A stretch of DNA of 62,788 nucleotides, filler included, from Rhabdomonas costata (GCA_019059605.1; 32 parts of 32 records of this genome joined end to end with filler, not necessarily neighbours in it); one strand, 5' to 3'; counted from the first letter of the whole stretch, positions 11,315-25,269 are shown. A program made the numbers and translations. The notes: generated by a model not told the origin, from the letters alone.

Positions 11315-12552
11315 TTCCCAGGCGATGGAGTGCCACATTGTCCGACAGGGTCACTGGAGTGTGCCGGAGACTTAGTGACCATCTCAGTATCATCTTACGG
11401 ACCGGAAACAAGACCACATTGCCATTTGCAGTATCCAGTGTCTGGTGTATCTCTCCTTCTCGGAACCTCGGACGGGGCTGGGGAACATTGACTCAGAGGC
11501 TGCCTCTGGGATCAGCCCAGGACCCGCTGTGGGCTCCAGCTCGGCTCGTCGGGGCACGTCTTCCTCCTCCCTGGCGCTTTCCCCTATCGCCGCGGCCCCA
11601 CCACATCGCTTAAGACCGCTCGGGGAGATCTCAGAGGGAAACCTCTCAGGAACCCCTTCTTATGACGTATGTGCGTCGTTTCTCAACCCCCCCCCNNNNN
11701 NNNNNNNNNNNNNNNNNNNNNNNNNNNNNNNNNNNNNNNTTAATTAATTAANNNNNNNNNNNNNNNNNNNNNNNNNNNNNNNNNNNNNNNNNNNNTCGCC
11801 TGGGAAATCTTAGAGAGACACCTCACTACATTTCGCATCGGGCCGATTTACAACCTGATGCACCTCCAGTACCAGTAAATTCTGAACGTTGGGTTGGGAA
11901 GCGAAATGGCGCACGCGTTAGAAGATTAGAAGTGGTGACTTTATGTGAACGTGTGTGTGTGTCCCCTCATTCGCTTCTCGCCTTATGGTTGTCATGCACA
12001 CAGGTGAGCAGAGGGCTGATCAATCATTCATGCACGCAGAAGATAGTGGAGCTTCAGCTTCGTCATGGGTGAGTTTTTACATTCGCAGGCACTGCATTGA
12101 GGCACATACGGGGCGATTTGCATCAAGCCCATGTGAAACGACTTTGGTGGCTCGGTGTGACGAGGTGTCAGGTGCAACTGTTGAAAGTTCGTTCAAAGGT
12201 TTTTCAATATCACAGTTAGTTGGACATGCATTTTAATGAGGCGCTGTGGGTTTTGGGGGGAGTTGGTTTGGGTGTTTCCATTCATTTTAATCATTATCGC
12301 GCGCTTGAGCAAGCGAGTCCAATACTTCCAAACATCCACCAAGTGTCCTTCCATGTAAAATATCTAAATCAGCCCAAAAAACTCGTCAATCAGCGCGACG
12401 AAAAGTGGAGAAAGAAGCAAAGAAATGCGACAGTTTTTTTTGGTCAGTACATATCCAGGAGACCCGCTGTGAGAATGGTCTCGAAGCGAAAATATAAATC
12501 CTTTGCCTACCTCTTGCGCCACACTGGTTGCATTTGTTTTTTCCTGATGCAG

Positions 12553-13071
12553 GTGGCACTTTTACAGCGTAGAAATTATCCAGGAGCTGAAGGGCTCGTT
12601 GATTCACATCCTCCACACCGAAAGTGGCTCCGGAGCGGCAATACAATGCCTCCGGCTCGCCGATGAAGGTAAGCTTGGGCTCAGGGGCTTCTGGCGAACG
12701 TTTCACACAACATATGCGAGATGTGTGGAATGTGTGGTAGATGCTGCCCAACTCTTCTGCCTTTCGTGAATTAGACACTTTTACTTTTCCATTCCCCCCC
12801 CCCACTTTCCACTACATTTAGATGACGTCGGCCCATTGGTGAAAAGCTCCCAAGATAGTATTTGGAAGTCAGACAACGTTTTTCCAGATAAAAATGACTT
12901 GTTGTCAGCCTATTTCGTACCGCGCTTACTTGGTCGAGCCATGCATAGCGCACGTGCCCCGGGGGGCTCTCAGATACCCGCAAAGCCATCGTAGAGAGCT
13001 TTCGCGGCCACGTGGCCGAGATGTGCCGAGGACGGCACTCCTGCTGGGTGATCTGCGCGACCCTTGACTTG
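12553..13071 (+). CDS. PUM3: Pumilio homolog 3 / Puf6 internal exons
   Basis: An exon starting at 12553 or 12568 and ending at 12668 joins exon 12974-13071 by a phase-1 GT-AG intron: VEIIQELKGSLIHILHTESGSGAAIQCLRLADE|DTRKAIVESFRGHVAEMCRGRHSCWVICATLDL. Matches the recalled PUM3 motif LxHTxxGxxVAxxCL...DRKxIVK. Confidence 0.8.
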
Positions 13072-13761
13072 GTATTTACTTCTGCGGTACCAGGGGTTTA
13101 GAACAGCAGAAATGAGACCTTCTGTGTTCTTTTCCTATCCCTATCCGTTTCCCCATCCTTATCCGGCTCAGTGTCCTTTTCGTTTCCAGGACTAGCAGAA
13201 TTGTGGATAAAGGTGAAGGTGCAGAAATATTGCGAATGATCTTTCAATTTGCGAAAAAGTGCAAAAGAAAAAAATTGTGAAAATGGGAGGAGGGGGGGAA
13301 AATCAAATCTTCAGACCATCTTGCCTCTCTTTTTGCCCCAAATCGGTTTACGAAAACATGCCTTTTCATCACTTTTTGAAGTGTGTGTTGTTTTCGAGTT
13401 TCCACATACGCAAGCGCGCGCGAAGACAAGAAAACAAAGGGGGACTTCGTCAGCGAAACAAACCTGCAATGACAGCAACAGTGAAGAGCGTCAGGCGCGG
13501 TCGGTTTCTATCCCCGGTCCACACACAAGAATTATACGTTATTAGCAGCAAAGAAGGTCTGCTCTACCAAAAGGGTGGCGTGACAAGTGGCAAGGCATGC
13601 TGACCCATGTCTAAACCGCGGCATTCGGATTCAGCACTTCTCCCCTTCCCCCCAAAAAAAGNNNNNNNNNNNNNNNNNNNNNNNNNNNNNNNNNNNNNNN
13701 NNNNNTTAATTAATTAANNNNNNNNNNNNNNNNNNNNNNNNNNNNNNNNNNNNNNNNNNNN

Positions 13762-13960
13762 ATTTCCAGGTGGCGTTTATGTTTCGGGTTTTGGATTTTG
13801 CATTCGTGGTTGGGATTCTGGATTCTCTATTTCGGTCTTCACTCTTCGGAGTTGGTCTTCGGCATTTGGTCTTTGGTTTCGGCATTCGGTATCTGCATTC
13901 GCTTTCGGTTGGAACACAGGATCTCCTTGCATGTTTCGGTCACTCTCGGTCGCTTCGGGC
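13762..13960 (+). repeat. G/T-rich degenerate repeat tract, family shared with 50510-50850 and 29200-29381
   Basis: TTTCGGTCTTCACTCTTCGGAGTT (13830-13853) matches the reverse complement of 50529-50551 with 1 indel and 1 mismatch. TCTGCATTCG.TTTC and GGATCTCC are also shared in the same order. Confidence 0.65.
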
Positions 13961-16170
13961 GCATATTTAGAATGAGCAGTGGGCACTGGAATAACCCACT
14001 TATTCGTACGAACCCAGCCAGTATCACCGTGGTTTATGGGGTGGAACGCCTATTCGCTGACGTAGTGATTTAGTAGGCAGATTACCCATGTAGCTGGATT
14101 TCGTAGATGGTTGTGATTAATTTATTGTCTAGTGGTTCGTGATGTGTCGGGTTGGTAGGCTTAGCTGGTTCTGTCTCCGTCTCCCTTTCTGTCTACGTTT
14201 CTGTCTCCGTGTCTGTGCTTCGTTAGTGCTTTCCAATCTCACCGGTATCTATCGTTGTGTGGCCTTCCCATGGATTCAGGGTTCTATCTTCCATCTATCC
14301 GCGAGAGGACAGAGTATAACCAGACGCCAACTTCAGACATCAACCATCCGAGTGCAGATATCGCAGACAGCAGCTCAGGCCACAGTACCATGCGTAAAAG
14401 AGTTTCCGCATGAGGTGACCGCGCTGGACTGAACTGTCGATCAGGTACGCCTTGCAACGCACGCTGGTAAACCACGGATGAGGCCAACACTCACTACGGT
14501 AGGGTGCTCTTATGTCATAAGGTGAACCACACGCGTATGTATTTTAGTAGTAGATGTGGTAGCCCCACGTTGAACCTAGGGTATTTTTTTTTGTGTGTAG
14601 TAGCTCGGGGCCTAAGTTACCACCTGATGTAGTGTTGGGCTGATGTGATCCGTGATGTAACCCATGATGGGCACTGCGTTATGGCCTCAGTTAGTGGTAT
14701 GGCACACCACCCTAGCAACACCAGGGCTATGCACATCAACCAATGGGCCTGGTTACCATGGTAGTAATGGCATACGTCACATGGGTTGGGGACTGGTTGT
14801 GGAGGCTAACTATACCCTGTAGTATGTGCTACAGAGGTAGTGTATTGGCTATCTACTTCTATAGTTCTATGCGCAAGGTGTAGGGTTAGCGTTTCACCCG
14901 GTGTGGTGATGTCATGGGCTGTGTGGTGATGGTCAGGACCACTCCAACCACTCACACGCAGCACCCTAAACACAAGGTACCTTTATGGCATCACATCATC
15001 ACTACCCTTGTGTGTAAGGAGTTGAGGTGGATGCTGGTCGTGGATGTGTGACCCGGCCAACCCCACACAGTACACCATGTCATCACAAGTCAACCGCCAT
15101 ACCCCAACAATGTACAACACAGGGGTTATGTACGCTCCCTTTGTTGATGGTTGTGTGTCGATGTTGGTGAGAGGCTATAGGGCATCACACCACCACAGTC
15201 AACACTTCGCACCACATGTATAAGTGTGTAAGACCAAGAGTTGATGCTGTTGGAGGGTGCCGTGACGATGGCCGGTGGGCCAATTTACCACCAGGAATGA
15301 ACCCAACTTCGGCATGAAGCACCAGTGTAAGGTGAGGCATGAGAAGGGATGCCAAAGGCAGAACCACAACAGAAGAGGATCCGAAATCCTACCAGGTGTG
15401 TTCCAGTGTTCCTTGGAAGGCATGACTTGAAAGATGCCACCAGGGCATTCTGAGAGCAAGTGTGGGACGGAAACCCGGCCGAAAACCGCCCGGTCGGAAG
15501 GAGCGTAACCATCCTTGTGGTGCTGAAGCGAATGAATGGCGTAGTAAGATGGAGTGGAGTGGAGGAGCGTACCGCATTGCGGGGAGCGACGACGAGGATA
15601 CATTTTTCAATCATGGTTCGCACCCATNNNNNNNNNNNNNNNNNNNNNNNNNNNNNNNNNNNNNNNNNNNNTTAATTAATTAANNNNNNNNNNNNNNNNN
15701 NNNNNNNNNNNNNNNNNNNNNNNNNNNGTGGGGTTTTTGTTACATTGCTGTCGTGCAGGTTTGATTCATGCCTCGCGTGCATGGTTGAGTGAGGCGAATG
15801 AGCAACTACCACAGAAAAGGGAGGGGGGTAGAGGCTTTCACCTTTCGTCAAATGAGACTGGCTTGACTTTTGGGACCCCGCGAAGTGTTGTAAACTGCAT
15901 TCACTAAACAACTGCTTTTGGGGTTGAATTCCCTGCGTTGAGGCTGGGCTTGCGCTGTGGCGGCGGTTGGTGCTGGGGGTGACGTAAATATCTTGCGGGT
16001 GCTGTGGGAAACTCTCCACTGCGCAAGAAGCGGTGCAAAAGCAAAAGGGATACGAAAGGGCCGCCAAGCGCCAAGGGGCACCACAACCGGTCGAGGGTGA
16101 AAGAGGAGAAAATTCTGACCTCTGGCCACGCAGATTAGGGAGGCCTGCTGTACATACAAAAGGCCGCAGA

Positions 16171-16322
16171 CCTTCTTGGGCTTAGCCCTCCTCTTTTTCC
16201 TTTTTCAGTGGCATCCTCATCCAGCGAAAAAAATTCGAGGGTGATTTCCCTTCCCCCCGACAGCCTTCTCGACGGGAGACTGGTTTCCCTCGTGCGGTTC
16301 TTCCTTCAGGCGGACCATTGAT
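16171..16322 (-). CDS. Possible internal exon of an unknown protein
   Basis: Bounded by cag| and |gtctgc; open frame SMVRLKEEPHEGNQSPVEKAVGGREITLEFFSLDEDATEKGKRGGLSPR. Confidence 0.3.
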
Positions 16323-19300
16323 CTGCAGGGGAAGAGCCCGCAGTGCTCTCAGTTCTCCGCGGAGGGCGATTCCATCATCGCGGTCGACTCCAAGAGTTTA
16401 CACATTTGGGTGCGTATTCACATGGCGCACACCCGAATTTCCGGTGCACATGATTGACTCGCTTGAAAGCCAATCAGACAATTTTTTCTATCGTCCCAGT
16501 TGTCAGAAAATGGCCCAAGAAGAAAAAGCAGGAAGAAAAGCGGGCCATAGCGACCTTAGCGCAAATCTCCTCCTGTTGTTGCGGGTGGTACCCCACACCA
16601 TCCCACCCATACCCGCGAACCCGACTGCATTGGAGAGAGACTGCAATAAATATCCAAAAAAAAAAGCCAGAGGAGGAGGTTGAAGAACCTGAAGCTGTAG
16701 TGATCAAATATTGACGTGTGACGCTGCCCATTTGGGGCTGCCCATTTGCCCAATTAGTCTCTATGCCGAAGAGTGACCCTGTCCTCCCCTTGATTGCGAG
16801 TGTGTCATATCAAGGGTCCTCATCTCTAGTCGGACCCGACCTCCGCGCCACCGCTCATTACCACATTCCTCTCCCAAAGAGAGCGAGAGAGTAAAGGACA
16901 CCGAAAGCACCGCAATATTCTGTGATGCAATAAACCGTCGAATTTGGAGTGGAAATGGTCGAAAATGCCAAAGAAAGGAACGTTGTTTCCCTTTTGGTCG
17001 CCAGCGTCACTTTGGTCCCATCCTTACGTCCCGCACGTCCTTTCGGATTAGGTCGCCAGCCGATAAGAGAAAACCTGCTGACTAGCCGTGTTTTATTGTC
17101 AAGTTACTCTTTCCTTCTGAAAGGAGTCCCATTCCGGAGATCTGCTGCGGTCGCTGGAAGCCTCCACGCTGACCTCCTTTGAAAATCCGAAGAAGGACCA
17201 GAAGCTGCGCTTTCTGCTGTGTCAGTGCTGCCCCTCTCCATTCACATAGTATGCCTGCTCGACCTTCCTCTCTGGCCTCCCTTCCCACTCTGGCCCCTCC
17301 TTCCTCCCTTTGAATGGTTGTCATTGACCTTTCTCCAGAATCCAGAAGCTGGGCTTCTCTATGCACAAAGCATTCCCACCGCTGTTTGCACTGAGGCCTA
17401 TGTCTCCCATAGGGCCGTTTGGAGTATTTTTGACTTCGCGACTGAGCTTTTGTTCAATAAGGGTGTCCATGGAAAGGTTTGGTTTTGCTGTTTTGTTTGC
17501 GAGCTGTATCCGTTTTTAAGTTAGCCCCATTGTCTGGAGTATAGATCTTAGCTGAGTACCTCCTGTCCCCAAACACCCAACCACACCCACCACNNNNNNN
17601 NNNNNNNNNNNNNNNNNNNNNNNNNNNNNNNNNNNNNTTAATTAATTAANNNNNNNNNNNNNNNNNNNNNNNNNNNNNNNNNNNNNNNNNNNNGGGTTTT
17701 TGGTCTGCTTGGTTTCAACTGTCTGTTAAGATTGGTCTGATTGTTTCGTTTCTTTCCTTTTCGTTCGTTGAGGTGCTGGTCCCCTTCTGCCTTGTGTACA
17801 CAACCGACGCCACCTGCTGCCATCCATGCGCGAAAGTGCGCCGGGGAGTATTTTTCTCAGCGCATGGATGACTGGAATGAGTGGATGGGGTACGGGAGTG
17901 CTAAACGAACGTGAAGTGCATACACTGCTCGTACAACAGCGAAACAGGACTGATGCTTAGGCTCTTAGGCTCGCAGTGGCCTCGTGACAATTGGCAGAGA
18001 CTCCATTTTTCCAGCATCTGCAAACCTTTGCTCCCAAACCGGGTGGACGTTTGCTCGGCATTCAATTGGCCAGCAGGCGACCCACGAATCACGAATGCAG
18101 AGGCGAACACTTGTGGAAGGGAGAGTGGGACGCATCCTATGCTATTCGCTTACTTTGAAATTTGCTCAAATTGGGTGCAGGGCACCCACCACACGCCTGT
18201 TCATCGGATCGAGTGGAATCGGGTTGAAATAACCAAAAATAGAAAAAGATGTAAATAAAAAGGGCTTCACAAAATGCAGAGGTTAGGGGAAACGGATATT
18301 CCTTCCCTGAATTTCTGTGCACATGCCTACATGCTGCAGGGAAAGGACTGTGGTGAGAACAAAGGTAATCAAAATTGGAAGTGTGGTGCCAGCCAGCACC
18401 GTGATACACACGGGAGACTCATCCCCAAGAACAGTATTTACCGAAAGGAAAGGAAAGACCAACTTATCGGGACATTAAAACCTCGCCAAACCATCTGGGC
18501 AGGCCCAGTGCAACAACCTAGTTGTGTGGTCCATCGGCTCCTGCCTTCTCCTTGATTGATGATGGGTTTACCTCTCAACCACACACCATGTCATTGGAAT
18601 TTCCCCTATTCCTGGGTTCAACACACACATGACAAAAAGACCACTGGCTGCGCAACACCAAAGCTGCACTTTCCTCGTCCGACCCACCATTACAGTTTCG
18701 TGGACAGGCGCGGAGAGGTGGGTGGCTCTGATAGACACAGTTTACAGTTTTATCGATCCACACAGTGTGGCTTTTCAGAGGTCCCGTGTGCTTGAGCGCA
18801 ATGCGCGCCGATGGTTGAGTCCTCTGACACCTTGCATCCTGGGCCTGTGACCAGCGTAGGTGTGAAGAGAGCTGGCGGGTGTGGACCATACGCTCGCGGA
18901 CAACTCGAATGCTCGACACCACCACCCGGCACCGGATCATGTGCGTGTGTGAGTGTAGTTTGCGCAACTGAGAGTCTCTTATTCGATGGCATGCCAATAC
19001 AAAAAAACCAAGGGAGCAGACCTCGACACACAAGCTTTGTGGAGGATCGGTTTTTCAAGAGAAAATCATGTGTTGCACTAAAACCAATTCATTGCACCCC
19101 ATTTGGCTCCCGCATAGCGGCAGAACAAGTGACCCTATTCCCACATATATCCCAACGCGCCGTCCTTTCTGTTTAGGCTCTACCCTCTCACTCCTCCCTG
19201 TTCTCCTGCCCCATCCCCTTGCCGCACCCTTTCCCATTTCCGAGTTCCTGCCCGCTGAAATGAATTTTATCAAGCCTTTTATCATGCCATCAGCAGATCC

Positions 19301-19656
19301 CATTTCACTTTCAGCGAAAAAGGCACACATAGAAACGGATGTCTGGCATGCCGCCCAAAGCAGCGCACAACAGAACGAAAAGAAAAAGAGGCAGAACGCA
19401 CAACGCCACCGAAAGACGCAGAAAACAACTGCCCGCACACCCGCACGGGGGACTGCTCCCGAGAAGTGGATGGGCACGAAAGCACAACATCAGGCACGAG
19501 GCCAGAAGCAACAGCCGCAGCTGCACAGGAGCAGCGCAGGTGCACCCACCCAAAAANNNNNNNNNNNNNNNNNNNNNNNNNNNNNNNNNNNNNNNNNNNN
19601 TTAATTAATTAANNNNNNNNNNNNNNNNNNNNNNNNNNNNNNNNNNNNNNNNNNNN

Positions 19657-21485
19657 AGCCGCGGGAGAAACCCGTGGACCCCTTTGCGGCCGATCAGCCC
19701 AAAGATGTGCACGTCGACGTCAACCTCGGTGTAGTTTCCTCCGTGGTACACCTGAGGAGGACAAACCGTCGAGATTTCCCTTGGCTGTGAGAGATGCGAT
19801 GTTCAAGCCTGCCGTTTTCATCCTGTTCCTGGGGAGAAGACCGCAAAACTCAGTGAAAACATAAACAGCCAGCTACCGATTCAAAATATTCACTCAAATA
19901 GCACACCCCAAAACACGCATTCCCCTTGAGAAAGAAGAAAGAAGAAATGCATCGAGCAACACCAAGCAATTACGGGTGACCTGAAAGTTTAGCCAAGCAG
20001 CCTGAAGTCGCCTTTGTATGAAATCATCACGCTTAACAACGAAAGAGCAGTGAACGCGCTCAGCAATAGGGGAGGGGGGGGGGTAAGATTTTCGGAACAC
20101 CTTGTGCTGCGGCCGGGTAAGGACGGGCTTGCCGTTGTAATTTGATATAAGGCTGCGCTCCGCGGAATACAGGTCGACCTCGTTGACATTGGCAAGTCTA
20201 CCAATGATCTTCATCCGCTCGTAGACCTTGGCAGGGTTGGGCTCCTGGTGTGCGTTCAGAAACCGCCACAGGAGCTCGAGGTGACCACTGGTTGCCTCCT
20301 GCATGAAGAAAACCGGAGAAAGCGAAAGCAGCGTTAGTGTCACGGGCATCGGTAACCCAGATACGCGCAGTTGTACTTAGTCCACGAGCCACTACCTCGT
20401 GGAGCCCAGAAGTGAAACCACATGGCAGCCACCACTTGAGTAAGAACCATTGTACCCTATTTACTCACCCCAACTGAAGAAATGGATCCTTCCTGAGCCC
20501 TGAAAAGAAAACAAACCGGAGCCGAACGAGCTGCTTGGCTGTCATGCATTCTGCATTGGGTTGGGGGGTTTCATCGCACATAAACCCACGGGGACACCTC
20601 AAAAGGCAAACAGCAGGTACAGGAGAAACCTCGGACGACATACAAACACACAACCATACTGATACACATATTGATACACATTGAGTTGGGTGTGTATCCA
20701 CATTGATACAGCCACCCACCCACCCACACACACACACACCTTGGCTTGGGCCAGTACCTCCGCGCTCAGCACAGCGTACACCACAAAGCTGTACCCAGGG
20801 CCATCCCAAACCTTCTGCCACAAAGAGGGGGCGTACCCCGGGAGCATCACGTTCAGCACCAGCAGGTGCCCGCCCTCCACCTGCACACGCAGGATGTGCG
20901 AAGAAAAATATGCGCTCAGACAAGATGGACGAGTTCCCCGAGGCTGGTGGGGCTGCACTGAAAATCATCATCCAAATGGACCGTCATACGGGGAATCCGT
21001 GACGTCTGATGAGCCTTTTTTTTGGCGAGGACAACCCACATTGACCCAGAAAGAAAATATCGACCGTCAAAGAGAAAGGGATCCGATTGTAGTCACACAA
21101 GTGATAGCACAAAAGGCCAAAAGCGGTTCTTCAAGGAGTCAAATCTCCACTTCAGTTCGGGGCAGAGAAGCGCCAACCAACTCATCTCAGGAGTACTGCC
21201 ATCCCATCAAATAAACTTGGACAACAAATGAAATTTCCCGATTCCAAATTTCCCGACTCCTGGTTCTTATTCAAAAACCCGTAAACCGCAAAGAACGAAA
21301 AGACATTGCAACTCTTCTGCCGTTGGGGTCCACGCACAAGCAAATGCAGCAAATGTAGCAGTCCCCTCCTGCACCTGCATCTCCGGCGGAAGCCTCAGCT
21401 GAGGGTACAGGTGCTCCACCTTGTGCGGGGTGCGGAAAAGGTCCACTCCAACTGTGCGGGCAATCGCCGGCCCAGAGGGGGCCTT
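19657..21485 (-). CDS. EDR2 C-terminal / DUF1336 domain protein (internal fragment)
   Basis: Exons 21485-21375, 20880-20740, 20298-20101 and 19751-19657, all phase-0 GT-AG: KAPSGPAIARTVGVDLFRTPHK...LLVLNVMLPGY...DGPGYSFVVY...ERMKIIGRLAN...YNGKPVLTRPQHK|VYHGGNYTEVDVDVHIF. Confidence 0.9.
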
Positions 21486-21622
21486 CTGGCGGTTCCAGCA
21501 CAGTTGGAGTGGACCCCCACACNNNNNNNNNNNNNNNNNNNNNNNNNNNNNNNNNNNNNNNNNNNNTTAATTAATTAANNNNNNNNNNNNNNNNNNNNNN
21601 NNNNNNNNNNNNNNNNNNNNNN

Positions 21623-21982
21623 CAGAGTACTTTTGGGGGTATCGGGTATGCTTGAGAAGGAGACCACCGAGAGGTGATCTGAGGCACCGGTGGAGCTGCA
21701 CTCCGTGTCGGTTCCGCGAGAGGAAGGGCTCAAGGCATCCTCCGCGGCCAAGACAGGGGGCCAAGGGAAGAGCCCGGCACTCGCGCGGACTTCACTGCCG
21801 CGGCTGCGGGCGGAGGAGGCTGAGGACCGAGCTGAGCCACGCCCGAAGCTCGGAGTCAGCATATCAGCAACAGCGTCGAGACTGCTGGGAACCGGGGCAC
21901 CCGTTGGGAAGGATGCCGGCCGAGTTTTGGGTGGCACAGACTTCTTTGGACTGGGAAGGTATCCCGGGAGGGAGGGATCCAT
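21623..21982 (-). CDS. Ser/Pro-rich exon, possibly the first exon of an unknown protein
   Basis: GC-rich open frame to the contig end; ATG lies 3 nt after a cag acceptor. Confidence 0.4.
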
Positions 21983-23710
21983 TTACTGGATTCACAAGGG
22001 AATTGAGGGGTGGCTACATGAAAAGGCGCATGACTATACAGAACGAGCACATTTAATCCTAATGGATGAACACGCACAGGCAGAGAAAAAGACTCGGCGC
22101 TGTGATGAAAGCAATAAAAAAGGTGGCGCTTGTGCATTTATGACCCCCTCCTCAGTAGGACCTTTTTGGGCTGTGAAATCGTGCATTCATGGGTCCCTTC
22201 CGGAGAGTGCATGGGGTTAAGGATGCCGTGGCCCAATTTCCTAGGGGCTTTCATTTTTTTGGACAAGTCCGGGTTCGGGCGGGTTGGGGGGGGGTATAAA
22301 TGCACTTATGCCAAAAAGGCAATATATATGACACAAGTCCACATCGGACTGCGGTTCAGATAGGGATTATCGTTCTTGCAGCAAACAGCAGAATACATGA
22401 ACCCACGGAGAGCAAACACGGCGAGCAGGCTCTGACACCACAAAGGCTTACATCACACAAAAACCTGGCGGCCACAGTTCTCTCGTATGCGGGGACAAGG
22501 ACTTGCGTTCGGTGCATTCAGGAACCGGATGGAAGGAGTTGGAGCAAAATTGTTAGACGGGTTGACATTGGAAAAAATCGCTTCTTCCATAATGAGCATA
22601 AGCACGCTCAAACAAATACCGCAAATTACGACAAATGCAATCACAAAGGAAATAATAATGTGACCAGCCTTTGAAGGACGATGGGACAGGTTAGTGTTGG
22701 AGGCGGAAGCCAGACCACAAACTGGGCGGGAACCTGAACTGCGGGGACTGTCATAAAGTGTTAAAATCATCAGACATTTTGACTGTCACCACCTTACCGA
22801 CGTCGAGAGTCGCCAATGGTCAAAATTTTTGACACCGCATTGACAACCTTGACGATCAGCAGAGGTAAGCTAAAAAGTCCTATTTTGCACTTGAGGGAAA
22901 AGATTCCACGGAATGTCACTGCTGGACCCGAAAATGGAAGACTGCCTTGTCTCCACCGACGCTCCTTCCTACAATTCAATTTTCACAAAAATCAACCAAT
23001 GCCCAATGCCTGACAACTTTTTGCAGATGCTACCACCAAGTCTTAATAGAGCACACCACCTTCATTCAAAATGCACATCAAAAGTACTATTGATGATCCA
23101 GCCAAATATAAAAGCCCCGCAGTTCACACAAACAGTTGACGTGTGTGTGTAGGTGGGGGGAACTATTGACGTGTGTGGGGGAGTGGTAACGGCTACCAGT
23201 GGTAACAATTTTTGCTGTTGAACATAATCTTACAAAGCGGACATGGGCCCCCCAGGTCACGTTCCCGGCACAGCCGCCCGCCCCAAAACTAATGCTGTCC
23301 TATTCATCCGCCCGTATCCCAGCCATAGATTATTTTTAGCCAGCACTAGATTTGACGTACAACCCAAGAATATTCATCTAGGGAACAGTGGCGCAGTTCA
23401 CCTGACCCCCTTTGCGGTCAAATAAACTCATTTCAACAACTTCTTAACCTTTTGCAAGCTAATATAACTGGTAACCACCCCCACCCNNNNNNNNNNNNNN
23501 NNNNNNNNNNNNNNNNNNNNNNNNNNNNNNTTAATTAATTAANNNNNNNNNNNNNNNNNNNNNNNNNNNNNNNNNNNNNNNNNNNNGGGTGTGGGTTTAC
23601 ATTCCAGCAGCTACCGTGGTTTTGCAGCATGCCCAACTCCTGATACTGGCAAGCTTCCTCACCGAAAGTGCGTGTTTCAGTAGTGCACATGTGCCCCCAT
23701 TCCCCTGAAG

Positions 23711-25095
23711 ACATCATCGACCCTAATCGACCCAACTGTACCAACTATACTCCCTCCCTGCTCGCAGACAGATCGGGTGGCCTCCTGTTCACCACCAACC
23801 TCTCGTACCAGGAAGCGCCGTGTCACCGCACCAAGCTCCCAAAATCTACCGCAACCTCGCCCCAGGTCACCTTATCCTGCACGGAGTAGGGCTCCTCGGT
23901 CCCCCTCGCCTGACCTCTGCCCAGGCGAGGAGCTGGGGAAGGAGTACCGCGCCCGCCTGGGCAGGCTTCTAGGTTCCCGCCAGGCCGCCTGGGTCAGCGG
24001 ATCCGACCCTGGAGTGCACAAGGCTCGCTGTGACCCCAGCAGTGACAGCGAGCGCAGCAACAGCAGCAGCAGGGAGATGAGCAGAAAGCGTGTCCGGTGG
24101 GAATGGCCAGGCTCCACTGAGGGCTCTGCGGGTCCTCACAGTGGACGAAGCGAAGGGCCGAAAGACCAAAGGCCATTGGAGCGGGTGAGCAATGGGGAGG
24201 GATTTGCATGTGAGCCGCAAGAGGAGGATGCCCCGAGGGGGCCGTTCTTTTGTGAAGTCTGTGAGGAGATGATCACTGCGGAAGGTCCGGGGGAGCACCG
24301 GTACAGCACCCTCCACTGCTTCAACCAAAAGGTTTGAAAGGCCATCCCTCACTCAGCCCACTCCCGAGACGCCAACAGCCCAATTGTGCAAGGGGTTAGG
24401 GACATGTCCAATCCAAGTGCCATGTTTTTAAGCGGAAACATGTGGCTTGAGCTGCAATGTCTGGAAACATTGTATCACATTTGCAGGGTTGAAGAGTCTT
24501 TTATTTTGAAATCGCCCGTTCAAAGAATCACCGCGCACCTCCAGAAATTCCCTCGTGCTTCCCCACTTCTTGGCGATGGAAAACTGAGTGGGCTTCACTG
24601 CTCCTGCTGACGCTGAGTAATTTTTCCGATGGGCAACGGTGTTTGTGTTGCACCGTACTTGCCTCACCGCACATCCCGCACACCAGTCTCCTCTGTGTGC
24701 TCTGTGTTCTTCAGCGTGAGAGAACGTGTATCGTCGGCTATGGCCTCCCGTACGACAACTTTGGGCGGCGCATCCTGAGGGAGCAGTTTGGCTGGGAGGA
24801 GCACACAGGTGTTGATGCCTACATAAAAAGAAGACTTAAGTTTCTCTGGTGGTCTCAAAACGCAGTGCAGCGGAACTGGTGTAAATAGTTCGAGCGATGC
24901 GCGAGTTGTCAGTTACCCCCCTTCCTGCAGGATTGCACTGGTGCCTCCCCCAAAGAGTCAGTTGTGGCGCACCGGAGCGCTTTTTCGTCCATGACAGGGC
25001 TTTTTCGTCCATGACAGGAACTTTGCCTTCTTTTTTATAGGTCTTGGGAGAAACGGCGAGGGGATAAAGGCTCCGCTGAGCACGAGGCTAAAAAG
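23711..25095 (+). CDS. G-patch domain protein with C2H2-like finger (GPANK1-like C-terminal architecture)
   Basis: Exons ~23711-24331, 24715-24808 and 25041-25095: FFCEVCEE...EHRYSTLHCFNQK|RERTCIVGYGLPYDNFGRRILREQFGWEEHT|GLGRNGEGIKAPLSTRLK. This is the G-patch consensus N.G..hh...GW..G.GLG...G...P. Confidence 0.88.
24979..25018 (+). repeat. 20-bp perfect tandem duplication in an intron
   Basis: GCTTTTTCGTCCATGACAGG x2. Confidence 0.95.
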
Positions 25096-25269
25096 GTCCC
25101 CTGTTACACATTCCGTCAGTCAAAATAAGTGTTGCGTGCATTTGGTGACGTATTCAAGAAGCCTCTCGCCATCATGGTGGATACCGAGTGGGCTTCTGAA
25201 TGGGACGGTTTTCACCCATTTGAGTGAAGTCAGGGACGCTCGGGTGCTCTCCAGCATGCCTTTTGTTGC

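Noticed and set aside
10220..11665. Several small Ser/Thr/Pro-rich exon candidates
   Set aside because: Splice-like borders exist, but no consistent frame or recognisable domain could be established.
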